64,000 nucleotides of DNA from Candidatus Subterrananammoxibius californiae (lineage in GTDB: Bacteria > Planctomycetota > Brocadiia > Brocadiales > Subterrananammoxibiaceae): the NCBI GenBank assembly GCA_030586555.1, contig JAURAC010000001.1, forward strand, positions 32,001-96,000, in the 5' to 3' direction. The notes beneath the pieces were generated by a model. It ran no database searches, was not told the origin of the DNA, and saw only the letters and a list, made by a program, of their open reading frames with translations. Below, one piece after another: positions 38,724-48,708 of this stretch. Numbering within the stretch: the stretch's first letter is position 1; the number at the start of each line of letters is the position of its first letter. The position numbers were made by a program, and so were the translations under genes.

Positions 38724-39695
38724 ATGGAAATAGCTAAATTATTGAAACCAATTGAAGAACCACTGATAGAAGTGGAAGAACGCATCCGTCGAGACCTTTT
38801 CTCCGAGGCAAGGGAGATGGGGGAATTAATTCTCCATGTGAGCAGGTTCAAGGGGAAAAGGTTGCGGCCCGCACTTTTGCTGCTGTCTGGGTCATGCTCA
38901 GGGAAATTAACCCCACAGCATATTGATTTAGCAACGGTGGTAGAGTTGATTCATATTGCAACGTTGATTCACGACGATGTAATTGATGACGCCACGATGC
39001 GCCGTCATGCACCCAGCGTGAACTCAAAATGGGGCAGGGAAATATCCATTCTCTTCGGAGATTACATTTTTTCAAGAGCGTTTACAATTCTTTCTTCCCT
39101 TGACTCGCATCTGGCTTCAACAATGCTATCCCAGACCGTGAACGTCATGTGCGAAGGGGAATTGGTACAGCTTCTTCGTCGTTATGACGCAGAGTTGAGC
39201 GAAGAAGAATATATTGATATCATCGAGCGGAAAACAGCTTCGCTATGCGCAAGCAGTTGCCGGCTCGGTTCCATCTTTGCTGGGGTGAATCGTTCCATTT
39301 CCGAGGCGTTAGGAGTTTTTGGATTGAGGGTTGGCACGGCATTTCAAATCGTTGACGATTGTCTCGACATTATCGGAAGCGAAAACAAGATGGGCAAGTC
39401 GTTATACTCCGACTCGAAGAACGGCAAACTCACACTCCCGCTTATAAGGCTTGTAAGCCTGCTCCCAGAAAACAGACGGGAGAACGCCTGCGAATTAATA
39501 TTTCAGAGTAACTTTACGAACACTCGAGGGGCTGTTGTCGAATTGCTTTCTGAGCATGACGCCATAGAGTATGCCCTTGAAGCTGCAAGACAAACAATTA
39601 AAAAGGGGAAGGAGACAATTTCCTTAATTCCCGAATCTGAGTACAAAACAGCGCTTTTGGGGATGGCGGATTACGTCGTAAGTCGAAAGGAGTAA
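38724..39695 (+). CDS. ispB: Polyprenyl (octaprenyl-type) diphosphate synthase
   Basis: GKRLRP, LIHDDVIDD...RR, KTA, FQIVDD. Confidence 0.85.
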   Translation: MEIAKLLKPIEEPLIEVEERIRRDLFSEAREMGELILHVSRFKGKRLRPALLLLSGSCSGKLTPQHIDLATVVELIHIATLIHDDVIDDATMRRHAPSVNSKWGREISILFGDYIFSRAFTILSSLDSHLASTMLSQTVNVMCEGELVQLLRRYDAELSEEEYIDIIERKTASLCASSCRLGSIFAGVNRSISEALGVFGLRVGTAFQIVDDCLDIIGSENKMGKSLYSDSKNGKLTLPLIRLVSLLPENRRENACELIFQSNFTNTRGAVVELLSEHDAIEYALEAARQTIKKGKETISLIPESEYKTALLGMADYVVSRKE

Positions 39696-39717
39696 GGGAC
39701 GGTCGCAACCTTTCTCC

Positions 39718-39845
39718 GTGCCGTTCCAACTTTTTCTACCCAACAAAGGGAATAGCCAATAGTTGGTAGACAACGAACTTTACGTTCGTTGAAGTAATCA
39801 ACGAGGTATATCCTCGTTGTCTACCACTTAATGTTGGAACGGCAC
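39718..39845. repeat. Nested palindromes: GTGCCGTTCCAAC arms enclosing a GGTAGACAACG element
   Basis: Outer IR at 39718-39730/39833-39845; inner element 39765-39825 matches 51892-51959. Confidence 0.75.
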
Positions 39846-40597
39846 TAAGGTACTTGTTTCTGTCCAGCAAGTCCTGCAAAGCTCGTTTGAGAGAGGCTTT
39901 TCCCCCCTCCAATAGCATATATCTTGCCATCGGTTGAGCCAAGGTAGATAGTTCCATCCGCCCCAATAGCAGGGGTAGAAATTATTTTACTATCCGCCTT
40001 AAGTGTCCATTTAACCGTTCCATCAGGGTTCAGCGCATAGAATGTCCCATCATAAGAGCCAAAATAGACCGTTCCATCTGCCCCTATAACAGAACAAGAA
40101 ATAATCTTATCGTTTGCTAAGAATTTCCACTTAAGGGCGCCGTCAGGCTTTATTGCGTAAAAATAGTAATCATAGGAACCGATGTAGATAGTGCCGTCTG
40201 TGCTTATGCTTGGGGACGAGATAATTTTTTTTCCCGTTTGATAACTCCATTTAAGACTGCCATCGCTACTTATGGCGTAAAGCTTTCCATCGTGTGCACC
40301 AATGTATATGGTGCCGTCAGCCCCCAAGGCGGGAGATGACCATATTGTATCCTCCGCTTGAAACTTCCAACAAACCTCATTGGTTTGCGATGCCTTGACG
40401 GGGCTGCATCCTGAGTGCTGTAAATCGTGGAGGCCTGTTGGCCAGGGTGTTTCAGCCAACTGGGCAAGACAGTCCTTCACTAAGCAAACAGAAAATGCGC
40501 ATACCACAAACATCCATATCAATACACAAGCCGTAAACAAAGGTAACGTACAAAATACAAAAGCATCAGATCTAACAGACATCCGCCTTCTTCTCAT
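39845..40597 (-). CDS. Secreted PQQ-like beta-propeller repeat protein
   Basis: Repeated SSPA.GADGTIY.GS.DG.LYA...DG..KW blades. Confidence 0.85.
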   Translation of the reverse strand: MRRRRMSVRSDAFVFCTLPLFTACVLIWMFVVCAFSVCLVKDCLAQLAETPWPTGLHDLQHSGCSPVKASQTNEVCWKFQAEDTIWSSPALGADGTIYIGAHDGKLYAISSDGSLKWSYQTGKKIISSPSISTDGTIYIGSYDYYFYAIKPDGALKWKFLANDKIISCSVIGADGTVYFGSYDGTFYALNPDGTVKWTLKADSKIISTPAIGADGTIYLGSTDGKIYAIGGGKSLSQTSFAGLAGQKQVP

Positions 40598-40711
40598 CTG
40601 TTTATCCTCCCTTTGTAGATTCCTCCGTCCACCGTTTACAATGCCATTCCCCCATTATTGACCATGTATGTAAACAAGGTAGCCATCCCGCCCCATGAAA
40701 GGGACGCATCA

Positions 40712-41194
40712 TTACCTGGAGACCCATTCTGACCACGGTCCCCACTCGACGAACCTGGTCTTATCTGTAAGCCAGTATTCAAGGCCTTCCCGTGTGCGCG
40801 TGCAGGTAATTGCGCTTGATGTCCTTGTCTGCTTCTGGGTAACGGTCCTGTAATAGAAACATTCCACCTGATGGAAATTAATCTTATCCTTTTCTGCCGT
40901 TACAAGTTCTAAGTCCACAGGTTCCACTTGTCTCTTTTTAAGTTTTTCCTCTGGCACTGCGATTTCGTATGATAGGATTTCCTCAACCTTTACCGTAGTC
41001 ATCTTTGGGCTGTATTTTTCATCGGGAACTGGTGCGGTTGCCGGTGACACTGGTGCCGACGTGGTATGGAATCCCTGAAATTTTTTCTCTTCTTCCCCCG
41101 CAACAGAGCCCATTCTTAAAGTAAAGACTGAGAAACCAATGATTGCGCAGGACAAACCCAATGCTACACAATATTTACTGTACTTCCTTCTCAT
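40712..41194 (-). CDS. Exported hypothetical protein
   Basis: Signal-like N-terminus; GAGGAG RBS. Confidence 0.65.
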   Translation of the reverse strand: MRRKYSKYCVALGLSCAIIGFSVFTLRMGSVAGEEEKKFQGFHTTSAPVSPATAPVPDEKYSPKMTTVKVEEILSYEIAVPEEKLKKRQVEPVDLELVTAEKDKINFHQVECFYYRTVTQKQTRTSSAITCTRTREGLEYWLTDKTRFVEWGPWSEWVSR

Positions 41195-41231
41195 TACAGC
41201 ACACCCTCCTCTTTAAAAACAAAAAACCATA

Positions 41232-41383
41232 AAATTCTACAAAATAAATGCTTTCTTAAAGGCAAGTCCCAATTTGAAGTTTTCAGCACCAGCCAACCCA
41301 AAAGCGGTCAGCTTTGTACGCCAGAGCCAAAGGCTTTTGGTCGGGCCGCTTGCCTTTAACTGTTAAATTTTACAAAATAAATG
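41232..41383. other. About 105-bp stem-loop element flanked by 19-bp direct repeats
   Basis: IR TTAAAGGCAAG/CTTGCCTTTAA (41256-41359); DR AAATT[C/T]TACAAAATAAATG at 41232-41250 and 41365-41383. Confidence 0.6.
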
Positions 41384-41437
41384 TGTACAGTCAACAAAAT
41401 TTTTTAAATTTGTAACCGCAAATTAAAAATGTCGGGT

Positions 41438-42712
41438 TCAGGGTTTGGTGGGAACGGTACCTGCCCCGTTAAAAGTAGGGCTTTTAACGGGGCTCGTAAC
41501 GGTTAGTGAATAATTCCCCTCACCTTCTACGTTATCTACAATAATGTATACTTTACTATCCTTTTCAACAGTTAACTCTGCACATTCATCCTCGCCAATG
41601 CCGTGGTTAGCGCCATAGGAAATGGTGCCCCTGTCAACAAAGATTGTTAAGTCCATATCGGCTTTACCTTTAATGGATAGGTCTGCAGAGATAGTCGCAC
41701 CTGCTGGAATACTGGAGGAGATTTGATACCAGTGCCACATTTCCCCTTCTGCATCTGTTTGGGACATAAAACCAGAAGCAGTATACGGCAGGGTTTCGAT
41801 GAGGCGTTCCACGCCTTTGGTATTTACTGAAAGGGCATATGAGCCACCCGCCTTAGGCGCACCCTCTTGGTTCTTCATTTCAACTATAATGGATGCCTTG
41901 CCACCGTTAAAGAACGTTAACGCCGCCTCTTTTTCGCCCTTCTCTTTACCCTTTTTTGAGCAATTTAACGTTCCTTTTTCGTCTGAGATATACAATTCCA
42001 ACTCAGCATCCTTCGATGTCTTTAGCCATGCCCCAACTATTGTTCCGTTGTCCACAGGGAATACAGTCTGGTATATATGTACCTTCTCCTGTCCCTGGAC
42101 AGGTCTTGATGTAGTAAAAGGGAAAGATTCGATGAAGTACCCTTTTTCTTCCGGGTTAGATGTAACTGATAAGGTATATTGTACTGGCTGGTCGGTCTGA
42201 GGCGTGGCAACTGTTTCCACCGCTATAGTGATTAGTTTCTCATTTGTTATTACAAATCTAATGCTTTCGTTGCCTCCGTTCTTAGTATTATTAGAGTAGG
42301 CAAGCGTCCCATCTTCATTGAATATACCTAAAGCCAAATTGGCTCCTTCTGGTTCCTTTAAATTCGTATCAATAATTGAGCCCGCTTCGAGTGGTATACT
42401 AACATTATAACAATGTAAGCTGTCTTCCTCTGTGCCTTCTGCAGGTATAGGTTTGGATATAAAAAAGGGGAAGGAATTAATACTTGCGTCTGGAGTTTTG
42501 CGTCTGTCCGCCTTAGGGGGATGAGTCTGGAGTCTTGAGTCTGGAGTTCTGAAACTTGTGTCTTGACTCTCAACGCTTAACTCATGACCCGTAGACTCTT
42601 TTTTGGGCACTTCTTCTTTTCTATTAAGGAGAAAGAAGGCCACAAGCACCACCCCTGCTATGCCACATAAAAGTTTTGAAACCAAATTACCTGACTTTGA
42701 ATTGAATCGCAT
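41438..42712 (-). CDS. Membrane-anchored protein with three PPC-like beta-sandwich repeats
   Basis: N-terminal TM; repeated H.Y...L...A...L...D..G....S....E motifs. Confidence 0.65.
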   Translation of the reverse strand: MRFNSKSGNLVSKLLCGIAGVVLVAFFLLNRKEEVPKKESTGHELSVESQDTSFRTPDSRLQTHPPKADRRKTPDASINSFPFFISKPIPAEGTEEDSLHCYNVSIPLEAGSIIDTNLKEPEGANLALGIFNEDGTLAYSNNTKNGGNESIRFVITNEKLITIAVETVATPQTDQPVQYTLSVTSNPEEKGYFIESFPFTTSRPVQGQEKVHIYQTVFPVDNGTIVGAWLKTSKDAELELYISDEKGTLNCSKKGKEKGEKEAALTFFNGGKASIIVEMKNQEGAPKAGGSYALSVNTKGVERLIETLPYTASGFMSQTDAEGEMWHWYQISSSIPAGATISADLSIKGKADMDLTIFVDRGTISYGANHGIGEDECAELTVEKDSKVYIIVDNVEGEGNYSLTVTSPVKSPTFNGAGTVPTKP

Positions 42713-42755
42713 TGGGTGTTTTCCTCCTCCACGCTCGGCATAATCTACCGGTCTG

Positions 42756-42812
42756 AAAAAAAAGGCATGGCAACAGTATGAACCTCAACTCTCATCCTGT
42801 TTGCCATGCCTT
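42756..42812 (-). terminator. Rho-independent terminator-like hairpin
   Basis: Minus strand AAGGCATGGCAAACAG...CTGTTGCCATGCC followed by a T8 tract. Confidence 0.6.
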
Positions 42813-42961
42813 GCAGGAAATTTGGTCTGGTACACCTCCCTTGCCTTTGACGCATCGAAGATGAAACCCTAACTCATTTCCTGTTGCAATGCCTTGTAGA
42901 ATTATCCTCTCGACTACTTTACCTACACTCTACCCTCATAGGAGTCTAAAAATCTGTTCCC

Positions 42962-43438
42962 CTATGTACACCATGGTGATGGAACCTGCTCAGCGTTAGC
43001 GATCTCAGTATCCAACGTATCGTATAGTGCATCTTTTTCGTCCCCAGCATCGTCTCTCATGCCTTCTGCCGTAGTTATATAAGACGAATCAGCCCCTATG
43101 TTTTGCAACTGCGTTATCCTAAGCTGCGACACCCTGATTATCCTTCTGTTAAACTTCTCTCTTGCATCATCGGTTTCCTCTTGAATCTTATCTAAGCTTG
43201 AACAAAAAGCAGTTCGAGAAATCTGACCGTGGGTATACTTATTGACCTTTGCGTCTACATCAAGCGAAAGATTAAGCTGCTTGGTCTCAGCCTTTAATAA
43301 GATGCTATCCAATCGCTCCTGAAGTTTGTCAATAATCTGGTCAGGGGTTGGAGCACCTTCGGTGATTTGCGTCATTGACAAGGAGAGCAAACACACCGTC
43401 AACAAAAATATTCCTGCTATCTTTACCTTTTTCGACAT
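42962..43438 (-). CDS. Secreted alpha-helical hypothetical protein
   Basis: Signal peptide; GGAGG RBS. Confidence 0.65.
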   Translation of the reverse strand: MSKKVKIAGIFLLTVCLLSLSMTQITEGAPTPDQIIDKLQERLDSILLKAETKQLNLSLDVDAKVNKYTHGQISRTAFCSSLDKIQEETDDAREKFNRRIIRVSQLRITQLQNIGADSSYITTAEGMRDDAGDEKDALYDTLDTEIANAEQVPSPWCT

Positions 43439-43755
43439 CCATTACCTCCATCTCCCCGCCCTTTTCGGTGAAATTTTGGAAGAAAGCAAGAAAATTACTG
43501 TAATTTTACCACGAAAAATAAGAATGTCAAGGGGAGCTTCAAATTTTTTTAATAATATTTTTACACCCAATTGTATAGCAATAGTGGTGACGGTATGTTA
43601 CAACTTTTTTTTATTTGTATTTAACAGCAAAAATTTTATATTGGCATAATTGCTTTTGTGATATATAATTGATTTTACCCATCCGTACCATAAAGAGTAG
43701 TGTGAGTTTTTGTTATTTCGCTTCGCCAATCTTTGACCTCATAGGAGTTACTGCG

Positions 43756-45483
43756 ATGAAGAATGCAGAGATTGCATCAATGTTTGAAAGGATTGCAGAC
43801 GTTATGGAACTGAAGGGTGAGAACCCCTTCCGCATAAGCTCATACCGCAAGGCTGCCAGGGTTATAGGCGACTTAACAGAAGATATTGCAGAGATCGCAA
43901 AGGATGAAAAATTGACAGATATTCCCGGCATAGGCACGGGTACTGCTGAGAAAATTATTGAGTACCTGAATACGGGTAAAATGACGAAGTATGAAGAGGT
44001 TATGAAGGGTATTTCGGAGGAAACGGTAGCAATGCTCAGAATCTCTGGACTTGGTCCCAAGACGGTTTCTATGCTTAATAAAGAACTTGGTATTGTCGGG
44101 GTCGCTGACCTTGAAAAGGCGATAAGCCAGGGCAAATTGGTTGGGTTACCAGGTATTGGTGAAAAGAAAATAGAAAATATTGTAAAAGGGATTGCACTAT
44201 TTAAAACCAGTCAGCAGAGGATTTCACTGGGCACAGCCCTGCCGGTAGTAAAACGCATTGTGAGCGTAATGGAAAAGGCTCCAGGTGTGAAGGCTATCCA
44301 GGCCGCTGGTTCGCTTCGAAGGATGCGTGAGACCATCGGGGATATTGATATACTTGTCTCAGGTTCGGATGGCAAGAAAATTATTAATGCATTTGTCAGC
44401 ATGCCGGGTGTAAATGAAATCCTTGCCTCTGGCGATACGAAAGGAAGTGTGCGGATTGAGGAAGGTTTACAGGTTGACTTACGCGTCGTTGAGGAAGAGG
44501 CTTACGGCTCTGCATTGCAATATTTTACTGGCTCAAAGGCACATAATATCCACCTCAGGGAACTTGCAAAGAAAAAAGGGCTTAAGATAAGCGAATACGG
44601 CATCTTTAAGGGTGAAAAAAAGATTGGTGGTAAAAAGGAGGACGATATTTACAAGACGTTAGGAATGGATTGGGTGCCGCCCGAACTCCGTGAAGATAGG
44701 GGTGAGGTGGAGGCTGCACAGGCAGGGGAATTGCCAAAGCTAATTGAGCTTAAAGACATCAAAGGCGATTTGCATGTACACTCTAATTGGAGCGATGGCC
44801 ATTCCACATTTAAAGAGATTGCCGAACATGCAAAAAAGCGAGGCTATAGTTATGTGGTTGTCTCAGACCATACCAAAACCCTAAAGATAGCAAACGGGCT
44901 TACAGAAGAGAGATTGCTTAAGGAAATAGATGAAATTGATAAATTAAACAAAACACTCTCAGGTATTACACTATTGAGAGCCACCGAAGTGGATATTTTG
45001 TCAGACGGCTCGTTAGACATGTCTGACAAGGTATTATCAAGGCTTGATATTGTTGTCGCTTCCGTACATAGCGGTTTTAAACAGCCGAAGGAAAAGATTA
45101 CGAAGAGAATCCTGCGCGCCGTTGAAAATCCCTATGTAACAATAATCGGACATCCAACTGGTCGGGTTATAACGTCTCGTGAGGGTTACGATGTGGACTT
45201 AGAAAGGGTGATGGATGCATGTGCAAAGACCGGCACCGCAATGGAACTAAACGCTTATTACGACCGTCTTGACCTTAACGATATTAATTGCAAGATGGCA
45301 AAAGAGGCAGGGGTAAGGATAGCCATCAGCACCGATACCCATCATATTGAACAACTCTGGATGATGGAACTTGGCATAGGCACTGCAAGACGTGGGTGGC
45401 TTGAAACAAGGGATGTAATCAACTCATGGCCTCTCGAAAAACTTAAGGCATTCTCTCAGGCAAAGCGGAAAAGCAGAGGTTAA
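43756..45483 (+). CDS. polX: DNA polymerase X family / PHP 3'-5' exonuclease
   Basis: ENPFR..SY, AGSLRR.RETIGDIDIL, YFTGSK.HN, GDLHVHS.WSDG. Confidence 0.95.
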   Translation: MKNAEIASMFERIADVMELKGENPFRISSYRKAARVIGDLTEDIAEIAKDEKLTDIPGIGTGTAEKIIEYLNTGKMTKYEEVMKGISEETVAMLRISGLGPKTVSMLNKELGIVGVADLEKAISQGKLVGLPGIGEKKIENIVKGIALFKTSQQRISLGTALPVVKRIVSVMEKAPGVKAIQAAGSLRRMRETIGDIDILVSGSDGKKIINAFVSMPGVNEILASGDTKGSVRIEEGLQVDLRVVEEEAYGSALQYFTGSKAHNIHLRELAKKKGLKISEYGIFKGEKKIGGKKEDDIYKTLGMDWVPPELREDRGEVEAAQAGELPKLIELKDIKGDLHVHSNWSDGHSTFKEIAEHAKKRGYSYVVVSDHTKTLKIANGLTEERLLKEIDEIDKLNKTLSGITLLRATEVDILSDGSLDMSDKVLSRLDIVVASVHSGFKQPKEKITKRILRAVENPYVTIIGHPTGRVITSREGYDVDLERVMDACAKTGTAMELNAYYDRLDLNDINCKMAKEAGVRIAISTDTHHIEQLWMMELGIGTARRGWLETRDVINSWPLEKLKAFSQAKRKSRG

Positions 45484-45526
45484 GAAGGAACTTTGGAAGT
45501 TAAGAACTTGAGAGCTTCCTAACTTC

Positions 45527-47167
45527 CTATCTTCTTAGCCTCCTTACCTCACCTGACTTCTGATTTACGGCTCGTTTCGGGTTCCAGTAATGGGTGACCT
45601 TGATGTTGTAAAATTGTTTTGCATCCTTATTGGCATACAACTTGGCATACAACATATTAATATCGAATCTTTTGGTCGCCCTTGAGGTTAAGACACTTTC
45701 TCCCACCTCGATAAGGAATGTGCCTTTTGCCCATCTACCCCTAACAAAGGGGGTTATCCTTTCAATACCAATATAAATATCTCCCTTGTAATAGTATCTC
45801 AAGGGCAAGGAATTAACATCACTCGGTATAACCTGGGTTGTTTCCCCTTCTGATGCCGCATTCCATAGCTTTTTACGTGAAAAAGACCTGTGGAAAGACA
45901 AAAAATGGACTGTTTCCCCATCCGAAATATTTTCTCTAAGGTAATTAGCAATATCCTTCCAGTTTAATCCCCTTAGAGTACTTTCTTTAGTTAGTATTGG
46001 AAACAGGTGAGTGCATATAGCAATGAAAAGTACTGGGTAAATAAATCTCAGTTTGCCGATAGCGGCAATTCCCCTTGCAATTAACAAGAGAATCGAACAC
46101 GACCAGAATAAATGATACCTTGTGGGTCCAAATGTAGGCCAGAATAAAAATGAGATTGCATAGGCAGAAAGAATCGGGATAGTAGCCCAGGTATAAATGA
46201 GCGACTTATAGCCGTCACTCGCCCCTGATTTAATCAGGGGTTGTGGCTCGTCGCTCGTGATTTGTCGCCAGAAATATTTGAAGATTCCCAAAAGAAGGAA
46301 GAAGCTAAAGAAGGCAAAAATGCCAATTTTGGCAGGCAGTGGCAAGACGTCTACGTCTAACCCCTGAATTTTTCTAAAGGAGAGTCCTGCTATAAATGAA
46401 GAGAGTACATTTAGAAACGTTTCTAAAGTTGGCATTGCTATCCATCGTGGCGCTGAGAATATTTGTAAATACCTTTTTTGTAGAAAAAAAAGAGCAATGA
46501 GTATAAGAAATATAACACCAATAGACAAAAAAATTTGCCAACTGTATTTATATTTTCTATAAACTATTGCTATATATACTATTTCGGTTAGTATGACAAA
46601 GATTGCAGATTTATGTGTAAAAAGAAGTACCACGTTACAAATAACAAAGGCTATCCAAAATACTATACGGCGCCCCCTCAAAGTCATTAATAATAAATAG
46701 AGTGACGTCAAAGCCAGAAGAAGCGTTAAGGTATATTGTTTAAGCGCAAATGAACAGAAAAAATGTTCTGGATTCACAGCCAATAAGAGTGCGCCTATTA
46801 AGGCTGTCTTATTATCGAATATAAGGCTTGCAAGTTTAAAAAGGGCAAAAACAGAGAGTATGCCAAAAATAGCCGCAGGAAGCCTTAATGCAAATTCACT
46901 GCGACCAGCAATTTGTGTCCAATAATGTAGAATGATAAAAGAGATTGAAGGATGCCCTCTTTTTACTGCCTTTACAATATTGCCTATACTGACCTTTTCA
47001 CCCTTTTCTATGCTCCTTATATCATCGCTTGAAAAAGAAGGTTCCGGAAGGTAATAAAGGCGCAGAAAAGCTGCTATAAAGATAATTAAACAAAGAAGAA
47101 TCGTTACGTTCGACTTGCTCAGTCCACGGGTGTGATATTTTTGTTCCTTTAATGCCGATGGCGTCAT
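45527..47167 (-). CDS. GT-C glycosyltransferase (family 39/PMT-like), paralog 3
   Basis: AFLRLY.L, DD, GHP, SEFALRLP..FG. Confidence 0.8.
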   Translation of the reverse strand: MTPSALKEQKYHTRGLSKSNVTILLCLIIFIAAFLRLYYLPEPSFSSDDIRSIEKGEKVSIGNIVKAVKRGHPSISFIILHYWTQIAGRSEFALRLPAAIFGILSVFALFKLASLIFDNKTALIGALLLAVNPEHFFCSFALKQYTLTLLLALTSLYLLLMTLRGRRIVFWIAFVICNVVLLFTHKSAIFVILTEIVYIAIVYRKYKYSWQIFLSIGVIFLILIALFFLQKRYLQIFSAPRWIAMPTLETFLNVLSSFIAGLSFRKIQGLDVDVLPLPAKIGIFAFFSFFLLLGIFKYFWRQITSDEPQPLIKSGASDGYKSLIYTWATIPILSAYAISFLFWPTFGPTRYHLFWSCSILLLIARGIAAIGKLRFIYPVLFIAICTHLFPILTKESTLRGLNWKDIANYLRENISDGETVHFLSFHRSFSRKKLWNAASEGETTQVIPSDVNSLPLRYYYKGDIYIGIERITPFVRGRWAKGTFLIEVGESVLTSRATKRFDINMLYAKLYANKDAKQFYNIKVTHYWNPKRAVNQKSGEVRRLRR

Positions 47168-48708
47168 CTTCCGTTCCAGTAATGGGTAACATCAATGTGA
47201 TAAAATTGTTTTACATCTTTATTTGTATAAAACATATCAAGAGTTCTATCCCATCCCACGGGTAGGGCGCTTTCTCCCGCCTCGATAAGGAATACGCCAT
47301 CTGACCTTCCACCATTGACACTTGAGGTCATTTTTTCGAAGACTTTATTAACACCGATGTAGACGTCTTCCTTATAATAGTATCTCAGTGGTAAGGAACC
47401 ATAATTACCGGATAAGAAATGGACCGTTTCCCCATCCGATACATTCTCTCGAAGGTAATCAGCAACGCCCTTCCAGTTTAACATCCTTGGATTGCTTTCT
47501 TTGGTTAGTATTGGGAACAGGTGAATGCATACAGCAATGAAAAGTATTGGGTAAATAAATCTCAGTTTACCGGTAGCGGCAAATCCTCTTGCGATTAATA
47601 AGAGAATCGAACACGACCAGAATAAATGATATTTGGTAGGACCAAATATAGGCCATAATAAAAATGAAATTGCATAGGCAGAAAGAATCGGGATAGTAGC
47701 CCAGATAAAAATAAGCGGCTTGCAACCGTCGCTCGTTACTCGTGGCTCGTCACTCGTGGTTTGTCGCCAAAAACATTTGAAGATTCCTAAAAGAAGAAAG
47801 ATGCTAAAGAAGGCAAAAATGCTGATTTTGGCAGGCATGGGCAAGGCGTCTATGTATGAACCCTGACTTTTAAAACAGATGGCATCGGCAAAGATAATTC
47901 CCCTTTCTGGTATCTTTATGTAAAAGCCTGCTATAAATGAAGAAAGTACGTTTAGAAACGTTTCTAATGTTGGCTTTGCTATCCGTTGGAAGTATTCAGG
48001 GGCTGCTTGTACATACTCTTTTTGTAGAAAAAAAAGAGCAGCAACCATTAGACATATAACAGCAGTTGCTGAAAAAATTTGTAGAGTGTACTTATACTTT
48101 CTGTAAACTATGGCTATATAAGATAACTCGGTTAGCACGACAATGATTGCAGAATAATGTGTACAAAGAAGGGCAATGTTACTAATACTAAAGGCTATCC
48201 AGAGTGTGGTGTGACACTCTTTTAAAGCCCTTAATAATAGGTAGACGGACACAAGCGCCAGCAGAGCCGTCAAGGTATACTGTTTGAGAGCAAATGAGGG
48301 GAATAAATGTTCTGGATTCACCGCCAGTAAGAGTGCACCTATTAAGGCTGTTTTATTGTCGAATATAAGGCTTGCAAGCTTAAAAAGGACAAAAACCGAG
48401 AGTATCCCAAAAATAGCAGTCGGAAGCCTTAATGCAAATTCGCTGGTACCAGCCAATAGTGTCCAATAATGGAGGATAAAAAAATAGAATGGGGGCTGTC
48501 CGTAATTTGTCGTCTGCTTTATGATAGAGTCGTTTCTCTCGATAAATTCTATGCTCATCATATCATCGCTTGAAAATGAGGACGTTGAAAGGTAATAAAG
48601 GCGCAGAAAAGCCGCTATAAAGATAATTAAGCAAAGGAGAATCGTTACATTCGACTTGCTCAGTACAAGGGTGTGATATTTTTGTTCCTTTAACGTTGAT
48701 GGCGTCAT
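47164..48708 (-). CDS. GT-C glycosyltransferase (family 39/PMT-like), paralog 2
   Basis: Same motifs; ATGA overlap with neighbours. Confidence 0.8.
   Translation of the reverse strand: MTPSTLKEQKYHTLVLSKSNVTILLCLIIFIAAFLRLYYLSTSSFSSDDMMSIEFIERNDSIIKQTTNYGQPPFYFFILHYWTLLAGTSEFALRLPTAIFGILSVFVLFKLASLIFDNKTALIGALLLAVNPEHLFPSFALKQYTLTALLALVSVYLLLRALKECHTTLWIAFSISNIALLCTHYSAIIVVLTELSYIAIVYRKYKYTLQIFSATAVICLMVAALFFLQKEYVQAAPEYFQRIAKPTLETFLNVLSSFIAGFYIKIPERGIIFADAICFKSQGSYIDALPMPAKISIFAFFSIFLLLGIFKCFWRQTTSDEPRVTSDGCKPLIFIWATIPILSAYAISFLLWPIFGPTKYHLFWSCSILLLIARGFAATGKLRFIYPILFIAVCIHLFPILTKESNPRMLNWKGVADYLRENVSDGETVHFLSGNYGSLPLRYYYKEDVYIGVNKVFEKMTSSVNGGRSDGVFLIEAGESALPVGWDRTLDMFYTNKDVKQFYHIDVTHYWNGR

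Noticed and set aside
41256..41359. Known riboswitch (c-di-GMP-I, c-di-AMP, SAM-I), SRP or 6S RNA
   Set aside because: Only fragments of these consensus motifs are present and the required cores are missing; retained only as an unknown structured element.
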